From: an uncultured Gammaproteobacteria bacterium
GTDB taxonomy: Bacteria; Patescibacteriota; Microgenomatia; Daviesbacterales; UBA10151
NCBI GenBank assembly: GCA_964446685.1
Contig: CAYUPO010000007.1
Coordinates: 233-64,232, forward strand
Direction of reading: 5' to 3'
DNA length: 64,000 nt
A program made the translations under genes and the position numbers. Below, in pieces: positions 39,951 through 49,964 of this stretch. Each line of letters opens with the position of its first letter. Position 1 is the stretch's first letter. Below the pieces are notes generated by a model. The model saw only the letters and a list, made by a program, of their open reading frames with translations, was not told the origin of the DNA and searched no databases.

Positions 39951-41377
39951 ACTAATATCTTGTCTCTATCTGATTTTAGTATCTTATATCGCTCCTTTGC
40001 TATACCCTGTTGATCAAGCCTGTATTGTTTGGTTATAAGGACAAACTTTCCGGCATTAGTAAATACCCCTTCAGCCATAAATAAACGCTTTACATCATCA
40101 TCCCGGATCTGACTGACCTGTTTTTCAGAATACCATACAGCAGTCGGACCAAAATCATCATCAATAAAAAACTTTCCCTCTGCTTTACCCGCTGCTTCCG
40201 ACAAAATCTGTTCATCAGAAATATATCTTGGCTGATCAATAAACTGAACCCAGGCTGATTTCAATTGCCCGGATGCCAAATACAAAGCGAAAACAACTAA
40301 AAATGATGCTAACAAAAACTGACTGCTTTTTTTAAAAATAACAATACTGTTAATCCACTTAAGTTGTCTGAGAGTATTACCAAACCAAAAAGCGGTTGCG
40401 AAAAAGGCTATTATCATAAATGGATGAAGCGGGATTAGATGCCAGATGTGGCCTTTGGGAGAAAAAACAAATGGAGTAAAAAAACTGATAAAAAATACCG
40501 GCAGTATCAACCATTTTTTCTGCCTTAAAATTATTCCCAGGAAAATACTACTAATAATCCCCGCCACTCCTGGCCAAAACCAACGTCCTATTCCATCATG
40601 TAAATAGATTTTAGCTAAACTAAAGTTTGCCTGATAGGATGTTTCTGCTTTAACCCCGGGGAGTCCGATCTGCAAATATCGGTCCAGAAAACTGGAATTA
40701 GTCAAAAATTGTGATACTGCCCAGATTCCGCCCAATATTCCCATTATTCCAAAAACCAAAAAATAATCTTTTTTCTGAAATTTATTTTTCCAAAAAACAA
40801 TTATTAGCGATGGCAAAATAGTAAAAGGAATCCCAGTTTTAGTTAAAATCAACGCTACAAATGATAACGCAAAAGGAACCAACCATTTTCTATTTTTAAC
40901 AGCTTTAATAGCGGTATAAAAAGTCAGAATAAAAAAGAAAGTCAAAAATATATCCAGGTTGCCTGAACGCGATCTAAACAAAAACCAAAATGAAGATGCC
41001 AGACCAATAGCAGAACAAAATCCAACCACCCTGTTAAACAACTCTTTTCCTAGAAAATAAATCACCACCAGTGATAAAAATCCAAAAACTGCTGAAGCCG
41101 ATCTAACTCCAAATTCGCCGTAACCAAACAAAGTTTCACCGATCGCTATCAACCAAAAACCAACTGGAGGATGGTCATAATAGGCCATCTCATTCCATCT
41201 TAGGTTAAATAAGTCGCCAGATTTAAGAATATTTCGCGCTATCTCTGCATACCAAGCTTCATCCCATGAAACCAGGCTGGTATGTCCCAGATTATAGAAG
41301 AAAAATGGAAGCAAAATTAGCAGAAAGCCTACAGATAAAAAATCAGATAGATGTTTTTTTAATAACCCCAATTTCAT
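39935..41377 (-). CDS. GT-C membrane glycosyltransferase, ArnT (GT83)-like
   Basis: WDEAWYAEIAR, YDHPP, EFGVRSASA, RSGNLD, LTK. Confidence 0.85.
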   Translation of the reverse strand: MKLGLLKKHLSDFLSVGFLLILLPFFFYNLGHTSLVSWDEAWYAEIARNILKSGDLFNLRWNEMAYYDHPPVGFWLIAIGETLFGYGEFGVRSASAVFGFLSLVVIYFLGKELFNRVVGFCSAIGLASSFWFLFRSRSGNLDIFLTFFFILTFYTAIKAVKNRKWLVPFALSFVALILTKTGIPFTILPSLIIVFWKNKFQKKDYFLVFGIMGILGGIWAVSQFLTNSSFLDRYLQIGLPGVKAETSYQANFSLAKIYLHDGIGRWFWPGVAGIISSIFLGIILRQKKWLILPVFFISFFTPFVFSPKGHIWHLIPLHPFMIIAFFATAFWFGNTLRQLKWINSIVIFKKSSQFLLASFLVVFALYLASGQLKSAWVQFIDQPRYISDEQILSEAAGKAEGKFFIDDDFGPTAVWYSEKQVSQIRDDDVKRLFMAEGVFTNAGKFVLITKQYRLDQQGIAKERYKILKSDRDKILVISDK

Positions 41378-41390
41378 AATTCCGTCCAGC

Positions 41391-42149
41391 TTAGCGATGA
41401 AAACCGTTGTAAGAACCGGTTAAATCATTAATCCGGATTTTTAACATGTCCTGCAATGCATCAAGCGAATCTCTGATAGCCTGAACTCTTTCTGTTCCTA
41501 CATAGTGCCACTCAACACCCACTTCAGCAATTTTTAAATCCATTTTCTTAGCCAAAAAAAGTGTTTCAACATCAAACCCGGCATTCACCGCTGCTCCATT
41601 TAGCCGATGTTTATGCCATCTTTTCAGAAGCGGCTGAAAAACCATTTCAATTGCTTGACGGTTAAAAGCTTTAAAACCACACTGTGTATCTTTAAATGGC
41701 AAACCCAGAAGCAAAGTTCTAAGCAAAGCAAAGCCCCAGGCCATCAGCTTACGAATTGCCGGTGCCCCTTTTCTACCCGTCCGGGATCCAATCACAATGT
41801 CATAGCCATTCCCAAATTCCTTTAACAACTTTTCAATTTCAGCTAAAGGAGTTGCCTGATCCATATCTGTAAATAAGGCAATTCTACCCCGACTTTCAAG
41901 CATTCCTGTCATTACCGCAATTGCTTTCCCACCATGATTGTTTCTGATCAACCGGTAATTTTTTTTGGAAGAAATAAACTTTTCGATCAATTCAACACTC
42001 TTATCTTTAGAACCATCATCAACTATCAAAACCTCATAAGTATAAGCCTGTTTATCTAAATAGGAATCAACATCATTCAAAACACCATTTTTCAGATTTT
42101 CTTCTTCGTTATAGGCAGGAATGATAACCGAAAGTTTGGGCTGATCCAT
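41391..42149 (-). CDS. GT2, dolichyl/polyprenyl-phosphate glucosyltransferase (ALG5)-like
   Basis: IIPAYNEE, VDDGSKD, GGKAIAV, FTDMDQATP, DTQCGFKAF, GFDVE. Confidence 0.85.
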   Translation of the reverse strand: MDQPKLSVIIPAYNEEENLKNGVLNDVDSYLDKQAYTYEVLIVDDGSKDKSVELIEKFISSKKNYRLIRNNHGGKAIAVMTGMLESRGRIALFTDMDQATPLAEIEKLLKEFGNGYDIVIGSRTGRKGAPAIRKLMAWGFALLRTLLLGLPFKDTQCGFKAFNRQAIEMVFQPLLKRWHKHRLNGAAVNAGFDVETLFLAKKMDLKIAEVGVEWHYVGTERVQAIRDSLDALQDMLKIRINDLTGSYNGFHR

Positions 42150-42168
42150 AAGTAGTTATTATCTCAAT

Positions 42169-43677
42169 TTAAGGGGCATTATGCACTAACTTAAATACTC
42201 TGACTCCTTCAACTGTTTGTTCCATTTCAACTTTAGACCAGCCAAATGCAGCAATTTCATATTTAGGATGTCCGACCGGGTTACAAACAGCGTCTTCGCA
42301 AACTACATATAATTGTTCTGTAATATCAAACGGAACCTGTAATGGCTTACTACCTTTAATATCAAGTACATACTGATACGCAGCGTCATAATTGTGTTCG
42401 GCGATCAAAGCAAAATTAAATTGTTCCCCTTTGGCATCCTGAATAATAAAATCAGCCACTTTTTGTGCTCTTTGGTACTGATTATTAGGTGGAACCAGTA
42501 GAGGACTTTTCTGCAGATTTACCACCACGATCCATGCACATAGCAAACCAAAAAGAAGCAGTAAAATCTTTTTAGTTATTCCTGTCATCTGACTAAAAAT
42601 CCAACAGACAGCAGCCAGAAGAATATATAGCACGGGATTCAAAAATCCCAGATAATGATCATAAATATTTTGTTTATAAAGAGACAAACCTGCAACACCA
42701 ATCACTACCCAGCTACTTACCACAAATAATTTCCAGTCAAATCTTTTTTTATACAGTTGATAAAGAAAATAAACTACCGGAACCAGGATCAAAACTCCAA
42801 TAATCCATTGCAGATACATTACCTCTCCGGCTGCATACCTGCCAACAAATGTCTCAAAATAAAGTTCAGGAATCCGGCCAAATGTATTTAATAAATTTAA
42901 ATTAACAGTTGTCTGCCTATCACCAAAAAAAGTAGAAATAGCTCTAAAATTGGCCCAGTTGTGTTTAATATCAAAAATTAGCAGTGGCGACATCAAAAAC
43001 AAAAAACTAAAAATAGCACCAGCTGTTCCAGACCAAAAATAAGCATAATTTGCTTTCTGTTTTACCTGCCAAAAAAGTTCATAAAGCCACAATACTCCGA
43101 TAACTGGCACCAGAATTAAAGCCAGATAATGCATCTGAACAGCAAATGCCAACCCGATTCCACTTAAAATAAAATATAAAAAGTTCTTTTTTTGTCTTGT
43201 CCAATAAACCCCTGCGACAGAAAGCAGAGCAAAAAATGGAGCCGGATTTGGATTCCAGGAAGAGTGAGAATAAGTTATATTAACCGGTGAAATGGCGTAT
43301 AAAAAAGCACTTATCAAAGCTGGAACTTTACCAAACCAATTACGAACCAGATAATAAATAAATCCAACCGAAAGAGTCCCGATCACAGCTACCATTACCG
43401 CAGCTGCTATCGGATTTAGCCACCAAAGAGCCATCGCAACAGCCATCATATAGTAATAAAGTGGCCCTAGATACATATTTCCCACCGAAGTTGGCGGACC
43501 AATTAAAGGGATATCAAAGGTCGTCAAAATACGCTTAATCATTAGCGCATCCCGCCCTTCATCTCCCAAAAATGTCATATAAGCATCAATCCTATATAGC
43601 CTCAGTCCTAAAGTTAGGATAATTAACAACAAAAAGATGATTAATTCGGTACGATTGTTCTTAATAAAGCTTTTCAT
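42169..43677 (-). CDS. GT-C membrane glycosyltransferase (ArnT-like, DEGRD subtype)
   Basis: FLGDEGRD, LIGPPTSVGNMYLGPLYYY, SSWNPNP, QMHY. Confidence 0.82.
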   Translation of the reverse strand: MKSFIKNNRTELIIFLLLIILTLGLRLYRIDAYMTFLGDEGRDALMIKRILTTFDIPLIGPPTSVGNMYLGPLYYYMMAVAMALWWLNPIAAAVMVAVIGTLSVGFIYYLVRNWFGKVPALISAFLYAISPVNITYSHSSWNPNPAPFFALLSVAGVYWTRQKKNFLYFILSGIGLAFAVQMHYLALILVPVIGVLWLYELFWQVKQKANYAYFWSGTAGAIFSFLFLMSPLLIFDIKHNWANFRAISTFFGDRQTTVNLNLLNTFGRIPELYFETFVGRYAAGEVMYLQWIIGVLILVPVVYFLYQLYKKRFDWKLFVVSSWVVIGVAGLSLYKQNIYDHYLGFLNPVLYILLAAVCWIFSQMTGITKKILLLLFGLLCAWIVVVNLQKSPLLVPPNNQYQRAQKVADFIIQDAKGEQFNFALIAEHNYDAAYQYVLDIKGSKPLQVPFDITEQLYVVCEDAVCNPVGHPKYEIAAFGWSKVEMEQTVEGVRVFKLVHNAP

Positions 43678-43785
43678 TAATTTGAAATTTGCAATTTGAA
43701 ATTTGAAGTGAATTTGAAAGTTTTAAAATTTAAATTTCAAACATTTATATTTGAATTCAAATTTTAAATTTCGAATTTCAAATTA
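43678..43785. repeat. Inverted heptamer array (aatttga / tcaaatt)
   Basis: aatttgaaatttgcaatttgaaatttga ... ttcaaattttaaatttcgaatttcaaatt. Confidence 0.8.
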
Positions 43786-43788
43786 CAC

Positions 43789-44493
43789 TTATGATTTCCT
43801 AAAGTTTAACTCTTTCCATAATTTCATCAAGTCCAGAAAACTTTTGAAAACCACTGACAAATTTGCTCCTGTTGGTACTCCGTGAATTCGCGGATAGTGA
43901 TGAACTCCTACCTCAGCGAATTTATATCCTTTTAATTTAGCTTTAATCAACATTTCGATCTGAGTCACTTTCTCTTCCGAATTAATCGGCAAAATACCCT
44001 CAAAGACCTCTTTTTTTATCATTTTAAAACCGCATGAATAATCTCTGACATTTAAACCTAAAACAATCATCGCCAGCATCTTCCATCCCCAGGTAAAAAT
44101 TCGTCTTTGAAAAGGATCAGCTCTGTTTAAACGGTATCCTAAAATAACATCAGCTTCATCTGTTTTGTCCAGCATTTTTTTTACTTCAGCAAATTTAAAC
44201 TGACCATCTGAATCAGCAAAAACAACCCAGGAATATTTAGCTTCTGTGAAACCCGTTTTAAGTGCCCGACCATAGCCTTTGTTTCCCTGATGATTAATTA
44301 ACCTGACTTCCGGATACTTCTGAGTAAGTTTTCCGACTTCTTCAGCAGTCCCATCTTTTGATCCATCATTTATCACCAAAATCTCCCACTCCAGCGGTAA
44401 AGATTTTAAAACTAATACAGCATCCTCAACTGTCGAGTTGATGTTTTTCTCTTCATTAAAAGCGGGGAAAAAAACAGAAAGTGACTTTATCAT
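43789..44493 (-). CDS. GT2, DPM1-like polyprenol-phosphate sugar synthase
   Basis: FFPAFNEE, INDGSKD, NKGYGRAL, FADSDGQF, RDYSCGFK. Confidence 0.85.
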   Translation of the reverse strand: MIKSLSVFFPAFNEEKNINSTVEDAVLVLKSLPLEWEILVINDGSKDGTAEEVGKLTQKYPEVRLINHQGNKGYGRALKTGFTEAKYSWVVFADSDGQFKFAEVKKMLDKTDEADVILGYRLNRADPFQRRIFTWGWKMLAMIVLGLNVRDYSCGFKMIKKEVFEGILPINSEEKVTQIEMLIKAKLKGYKFAEVGVHHYPRIHGVPTGANLSVVFKSFLDLMKLWKELNFRKS

Positions 44494-44532
44494 ATCAGAC
44501 AAAAAAATTCGGCTGTTATCAGCCTTAAATAT

Positions 44533-45738
44533 ATGCTAGCATTAAATGCAGAGATAGTCACTATGACACAACAACTTCAAAAAACTTTAAGAGACCTGCT
44601 TCTGATCACACTTTTTACTCTTTGTATCAGCTTTATTATCTGGTTACCTCATCTACTTCATTTAAATTTTTACGGATTAAATTTCAGTCAGGGTTTTGAC
44701 ACTATTTATCGTAATTATGATGGACTGGAATATGTTGTAATTGCTAAGTCACTTTATTTTCCTGAATTACTGAAAGATATTCCTCAGTCACTGCCAAGCA
44801 TTTACTATGCAGCACATTTTCCGGGTTATTCATTGGCAATTCTAGCTTTGGCTCCTCTTTTGGGCTATCTCAAATCAATGCTATTTGTATCTCTTTTATT
44901 TACTATTTTATCTGCCTGGATGTTTTATCTTTTAGTCAAAGACTTTGAGCTGACCAAACATCCACTCTGGTTAACTTTCCTATTTCTGATTTTGCCTGCC
45001 AGATGGGTCATCATTCATTCAGTCGGATCATCCGAGACCATGTTTATCTTTTTTGTAATTGCTGCACTTTATTTTCTGATGAAATATGAAGCTTCTCAAA
45101 AATGGGGTTTTATTTATCTGACCGGATTATTTGGTTTAGGAGCACAAATCACCCGACCTCCTGGAGCGCTACTGGCTCTGGCTATTGGAATATATCTTTT
45201 ATGGAAGATAATCAGATCCAAAGAAAATGTTTTTAAATCAATTGGCGCTACAATTTATCGTTATCATCCATTATTATTTATCCCTTTAGCTCTAATTGCA
45301 GTTTTTAGTTGGTATCAGTTAGCTTATGGTGATTTCTTCGCCTATTTTAAAACCGGGGATAATATTCATTTGGTATTTCCGCCATATCAGGTATTTAACA
45401 AAGAACAGTTTTGGGTCGGAGAGATCTGGTTAGAGGATATTATTTATGTTTTTATCTTAGGATTTTTAGGTGTAATGTACCTTTTTAAGCAAAAACTTTA
45501 TCCACTGGCTTTTTTTGTTCTGATTTATTTATTAGCTACCATTTTTGTAACTCACCGTGACATTTCCAGATATGCCGCACCTATTTTCCCTTTTTTAATA
45601 ATAGCCTTTGAAAAAATACTTACTACAAAAGAGTTTAAAATAGTCACTCTGATTATTGCTTTGGCAATATATTTATATACCCAGAATTTTCTTTTAAATA
45701 ATACCGGCCCTTATCCAAATGTAGGCTGGTTTAATTAA
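44533..45738 (+). CDS. GT-C membrane glycosyltransferase (PIG-V-like)
   Basis: NYDGLEYVVIAKSLY, AAHFPGY, SSETMF, TRPPG, DISRY; start may be ATG 44563. Confidence 0.7.
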   Translation: MLALNAEIVTMTQQLQKTLRDLLLITLFTLCISFIIWLPHLLHLNFYGLNFSQGFDTIYRNYDGLEYVVIAKSLYFPELLKDIPQSLPSIYYAAHFPGYSLAILALAPLLGYLKSMLFVSLLFTILSAWMFYLLVKDFELTKHPLWLTFLFLILPARWVIIHSVGSSETMFIFFVIAALYFLMKYEASQKWGFIYLTGLFGLGAQITRPPGALLALAIGIYLLWKIIRSKENVFKSIGATIYRYHPLLFIPLALIAVFSWYQLAYGDFFAYFKTGDNIHLVFPPYQVFNKEQFWVGEIWLEDIIYVFILGFLGVMYLFKQKLYPLAFFVLIYLLATIFVTHRDISRYAAPIFPFLIIAFEKILTTKEFKIVTLIIALAIYLYTQNFLLNNTGPYPNVGWFN

Positions 45739-45739
45739 G

Positions 45740-46237
45740 ATGTTACTTAGTTCATCTGATTTAATCTATTCATCGTCTCTGATATCAAAAGCCTTTTTTT
45801 GGGCTAATATTGACAATACAAATACCTCAAACAAACAGTTTAAAGTTTTTTTATATCCAAATAGGATTTCTATTGGTTCTGTTGAACCACAAAACTCGCT
45901 GATGAATCCTGGAAACGAAACTTCTACATTTACTGAAGAAAAAACAATTCTTATTAGTGATTTAAAAGAAATCCAAATATTACCAAATTCAGATATATTT
46001 ACCCGAACTTATATAATTTTTAATAACAATGAAATTAAAAAAATAAATTGGTTTACTTCTGAATTAACTGATTTTCTGTCTAAATTAAATCCACTTTTAC
46101 CAAAGAAAGTAAAAATAACTAATACAACTATTCAACAGGAAAAAATTAAAAATAAAATTAAATTTGGTTTCTCAATTTTGGGATTATTACTTGTAATATC
46201 AGTTATAACCTACTTTTACTTTAAGCTATTTATTTAA
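45740..46237 (+). CDS. Hypothetical protein with a C-terminal TM anchor
   Basis: 165-aa ORF starting 1 bp after the previous stop; very AT-rich; hydrophobic C-terminus. Confidence 0.6.
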   Translation: MLLSSSDLIYSSSLISKAFFWANIDNTNTSNKQFKVFLYPNRISIGSVEPQNSLMNPGNETSTFTEEKTILISDLKEIQILPNSDIFTRTYIIFNNNEIKKINWFTSELTDFLSKLNPLLPKKVKITNTTIQQEKIKNKIKFGFSILGLLLVISVITYFYFKLFI

Positions 46238-46254
46238 ATTATTCTGAGGAAAGA

Positions 46255-47439
46255 TTAATCTTTTTTATGTCTCCAGGTAACAAAGTGATTGACAATAAAG
46301 TTCCAGGCCATTACAGGCGGGATTGTTGCAAAGAAATAAAAATTGTTATAGGCAATATGCTTATTCCCAATCCAGATAAATCCATCTCCAAAAATCTCGT
46401 GCAAACCCTTAACTATCAATACTGCAATACCCAGACCAACTGAACTAACCGCTACAAATGTTCCAAATTTTCGGAAATAATTATCATTATTTTTTCTGCC
46501 TCTGAATGTCCAGATATCGTTTAATACAAAATTGTTTACAATTGCAATCGCCGTTGAAATACCTTTAGCTGAAGCTGGTGGAAATCCATAATAATTAATC
46601 AGTATTTTATAAAACAAAAAATCAATTACTGTTCCAGTTGCTCCGACAACCGCAAATTTAAACAAAACTTTTGCTCGTCTGCTTAGTTTATAAAAAGGAA
46701 TCGGGAGTCCCATTTTATGAAGCCTGGCATCAATTGAGTACATAATAACGTCATAGGTATAGTTAAATGTTTTATTTTTGGAATACCCTTCGGCCCTATT
46801 TTTAAAAACTAAAGGAACCTCTTTGTATTTTGCTCCAGCCAAGATAGCCTCATTTAAAAAAGCTGGCTGAATAATAAAAGTGTTTTCTCTCCAAGGCATA
46901 CGGTCCAGATTTATTTTTTTAAATATCTCCGGAGTAAATGCTCTGGCTGAATTGGTAACTTCCTGAATATTAAAAGGTCCCATGATCAATCTGACAACCC
47001 ATGATGCACCCAAACTAAAAATCTGCCGTGAAAGGGACAGATTATTTTTTCCTCCAGGAACAAAACGGGAACCCAAAGCCAGTGTATACCCATCTTCAAT
47101 CGCCTTAACCAATTTAGGCAAAACAGCAACGTCAACCTGTCCATCAGCATCAAGCTGAGCCATTATGTCGGGATTTAGATTTTTTAATGAATACAGATGC
47201 CCCTCGATAATTCCTACACCAAGTCCGGGACCAACATTCAGATAATGAATCCGGGGATTTTCTTTGGCCATTTTAGCCGCAATTTTGCCTGTACCATCCG
47301 GTGAATTACTGTCTGTAATCACAATTTCGATCCGCCAGCCAGACATTGTTTTTTCCTGGGCCAAAACTTCAGCGGCAAATTTTTCAATATTTTCTTTCTC
47401 ATTAAATGTAGGCAAAACTACGACGACTTTTTTCGACAT
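46255..47439 (-). CDS. GT2 DPM1-like synthase fused to a GtrA-family flippase domain
   Basis: VLPTFNEKENI, DSNSPDGT, QLDADGQ, GSRFVPGG; C-terminal KFAVVGATGTVID...NNFVLNDIWTF...WNFIVNHFVTW. Confidence 0.88.
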   Translation of the reverse strand: MSKKVVVVLPTFNEKENIEKFAAEVLAQEKTMSGWRIEIVITDSNSPDGTGKIAAKMAKENPRIHYLNVGPGLGVGIIEGHLYSLKNLNPDIMAQLDADGQVDVAVLPKLVKAIEDGYTLALGSRFVPGGKNNLSLSRQIFSLGASWVVRLIMGPFNIQEVTNSARAFTPEIFKKINLDRMPWRENTFIIQPAFLNEAILAGAKYKEVPLVFKNRAEGYSKNKTFNYTYDVIMYSIDARLHKMGLPIPFYKLSRRAKVLFKFAVVGATGTVIDFLFYKILINYYGFPPASAKGISTAIAIVNNFVLNDIWTFRGRKNNDNYFRKFGTFVAVSSVGLGIAVLIVKGLHEIFGDGFIWIGNKHIAYNNFYFFATIPPVMAWNFIVNHFVTWRHKKD

Positions 47440-47540
47440 GCATGTAGTGTATGAAAAACAGCCTCAATTTACAATGATGGTCTTTTTAACAAACTAACCC
47501 GCTAATTCACTTTTGACCTCTTTTAAGCTAAACTCAGACT

Positions 47541-48473
47541 ATGAAGAAAGTATTAATTACTGGCGTTAATGGTTTTGTTGGACAACACCTACTCTCAGTC
47601 TTAAAAGAATATTCGGTAATCGGTTTAACCCATGGTGGAGAATTATCTAACAGTCAAAATCAGGTATTTCATTCAGGAAATATTTTAGACAACCATTTTT
47701 TGGAGGAGATCATCGCCAGATACGAACCTGAATATATTGTTCATCTAGCAGCCATTGCTCCCACCAATTATAAAGATGCAGAACAGGTTTTTAAAATTAA
47801 TTTATTAGGTACAAATAATCTTTATCAGGCTGTCATCAATCTGAAATCCAAAATCTTAAATCCAAAAATTCTTTATATCTCCTCCGCCGAAGTCTATGGA
47901 AAAACCAATAATCCGGAAAACATCACCGAAGACTCACTACTTAACCCACTTAACTATTATGGCAGCAGCAAAGTTGCCGCTGACAGACTGACATTTCAAG
48001 TATCCGTCAGCCATGGCCTAAATACCGTCATAGTCAGGCCTTTTAACCATGCCGGTCCTGGTCAGGGTTTAGGATTTTTTGTTCCCGATATGTGTTCCCA
48101 AATTAGTGAGATAAAAAAAGGGACAAAACCTCCAGTTATTTCCGTCGGAAATCTTGAAAGCACCAGAGATATATCTGATGTCAGAGATGTAGTAAATGGA
48201 TACAAATTATTAATGGAAAATGACACTACCCCAGGAGATATATTTAATATCTGTTCTGGAAAAGGAATAACAATGCAGGAGTTATTAAATAAACTCATTG
48301 CTCATGCTGGTAAAGAAATAGAAATCCAATCAGATCCTGAAAAAATGCGTCCATCAGACAACCCTATCTCAGTTGGAAATCACGACAAAATAACCAACCA
48401 ATTCAACTGGAATCCCACCCACAACCTAGATCAAACATTAGAAGATACTCTCCAATATTGGCGAAATAAGTAA
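47541..48473 (+). CDS. GDP-4-keto-6-deoxy-D-mannose reductase (Rmd-like extended SDR)
   Basis: TGVNGFVG, HLAA, SSAEVYG, YGSSK, RPFNHAGPGQ, VGNL..TRDISDVRDV; directly upstream of gmd. Confidence 0.7.
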   Translation: MKKVLITGVNGFVGQHLLSVLKEYSVIGLTHGGELSNSQNQVFHSGNILDNHFLEEIIARYEPEYIVHLAAIAPTNYKDAEQVFKINLLGTNNLYQAVINLKSKILNPKILYISSAEVYGKTNNPENITEDSLLNPLNYYGSSKVAADRLTFQVSVSHGLNTVIVRPFNHAGPGQGLGFFVPDMCSQISEIKKGTKPPVISVGNLESTRDISDVRDVVNGYKLLMENDTTPGDIFNICSGKGITMQELLNKLIAHAGKEIEIQSDPEKMRPSDNPISVGNHDKITNQFNWNPTHNLDQTLEDTLQYWRNK

Positions 48474-48501
48474 ACATACCTGGCGAAACAAGATTGTAAC
48501 T

Positions 48502-48652
48502 GTCATTGCGAGCGAAATTATTAGGAATTAACGCGCGGCAATCTGTATTTCAGAATCAACTAAGTTACAAGGTTCATTCCTGGTTGCGAGATTGCTTCGT
48601 CACTACGTTCCTCGCAATGACGGTCACCGTCTTGCTCGTTCCTCGCAATGAC
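48502..48652. repeat. REP-like palindromic element (gtcattgcgag...ctcgcaatgac) with a duplicated right end
   Basis: gtcattgcgagcgaa...gcggcaatct...gagattgcttcgtc...cctcgcaatgac, then ggtcaccgtcttgctcgttcctcgcaatgac. Confidence 0.85.
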
Positions 48653-48659
48653 GCAAATC

Positions 48660-48716
48660 CAATCAACTACTATTTTACTGATTAACTAATTCACTAATTC
48701 ACTAATTCACCAGTTT
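48660..48716. repeat. Degenerate octamer tandem array (actaattc)
   Basis: tactgatt aactaatt cactaatt cactaatt caccagtt. Confidence 0.7.
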
Positions 48717-48765
48717 CATACTGCCATTGACTTTACCTCAGGAATATTTTAAGGTAATTGCAGTC

Positions 48766-49770
48766 ATGTCAAAAACAGCAGTTATCGTTGGTATCACCTC
48801 TCAGGACGGCTCTTATCTTGCCGACTTACTTTTAGAAAAAGGCTATACCGTTGTTGGTACTATCCGCCGGTCAACCAATTTTTATCATCCCAATATTTCT
48901 CATCTTTTAGGGAAAGTAATTATTGAAGCAGCTGATCTGACAGACTCAACTTCATTAGAAGAAGTCATCAAAAAACATCAGCCGGATGAAATTTACAACA
49001 TTGCAGCTCAATCAGTTCCGGCAGACTCCTGGTCACATCCTTTTTACACTGGTGAAGTCACAGCACTAGGTGTTGTCAGGGTTTTGGAAGCAGCCCGCAA
49101 ATTTGCCCCTCACGCTAAAATTTATCAGGCCACTTCCCGGGAAGTTTTTGGTAATATTGAAGCCGAATCAGCTACTGAAGAAACACCACTGGATGCCAAT
49201 AATCCTTATGGAATTGCCAAAGCCTATGCCCATATGATGATTGGTTGTTACCGGGAATCATATGACATGTTTGCCTGTGGTGGATACCTTTTTAACCATG
49301 AATCACCTAGAAGATCTCTTCATTTTGTAACAAGAAAAATCACAGCCGGTGTCGCCTGCATTAAAAATGGCGTCAAAAACCCTCCTTTAAATGAGTTAGG
49401 TGAACCATTGGTCGATGCAGATGGCAAACTACATTTAGGACTTTTAGACGCCAAAAGAGACTGGGGATACGCCAAAGAATACGTAGAAGCTATGTGGCTA
49501 ATGCTACAACAGGATAAACCCCAGGATTTTGTGATTGGTACAAACACCGCCTACACAGTTAAAGATTTCTGTAAAGCGGCCTTTTCCGAAGTTGGTCTGA
49601 ACTGGGAAGATCATGTAGTATCCAACCAAAAATTAATGCGCCCAACCGAGATCAAAGAATTAAAAGGCGACGCGACCAAAGCCAAACAAATCCTAGGCTG
49701 GGAACCCAAAACCAGTTTCGAAGACCTAGTAAAAATAATGGTCCAAGCCGACCTCGAAAGATTTAAGTAA
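48766..49770 (+). CDS. gmd: GDP-mannose 4,6-dehydratase
   Basis: GITSQDGSYLA, PDEIYNIAAQS, YGIAK, LFNHESPRR..FVTRKI, AKRDWG, RPTE; ATG 48766. Confidence 0.9.
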   Translation: MSKTAVIVGITSQDGSYLADLLLEKGYTVVGTIRRSTNFYHPNISHLLGKVIIEAADLTDSTSLEEVIKKHQPDEIYNIAAQSVPADSWSHPFYTGEVTALGVVRVLEAARKFAPHAKIYQATSREVFGNIEAESATEETPLDANNPYGIAKAYAHMMIGCYRESYDMFACGGYLFNHESPRRSLHFVTRKITAGVACIKNGVKNPPLNELGEPLVDADGKLHLGLLDAKRDWGYAKEYVEAMWLMLQQDKPQDFVIGTNTAYTVKDFCKAAFSEVGLNWEDHVVSNQKLMRPTEIKELKGDATKAKQILGWEPKTSFEDLVKIMVQADLERFK

Positions 49771-49778
49771 AATTTAAC

Positions 49779-49964
49779 ATGCCTCGTCTTCAAATACTTG
49801 GATTAGTAATTATCATTTGTTCTGTATTAGTACTCGGTATACAGTTGGGACCACTAGCAAATGGCGAAATAACTTTGGCTGAATATTTTAAAGCGACCTG
49901 GCCTAGCCTTATACCGTTAGCAATTGGAATTTCAATAATTTCGGGCAAGTTTAAGAAGAGTTAA
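49779..49964 (+). CDS. Small two-TM membrane protein
   Basis: 61-aa ORF filling the gap between gmd and rmlD; two hydrophobic segments. Confidence 0.55.
   Translation: MPRLQILGLVIIICSVLVLGIQLGPLANGEITLAEYFKATWPSLIPLAIGISIISGKFKKS

Noticed and set aside
8285-43677. Calling the ArnT-like genes lipid A aminoarabinose transferases (arnT)
   Set aside because: No arnA/B/C/D or lipid A genes are seen; the similarity supports only a GT-C fold, so no gene symbol was given
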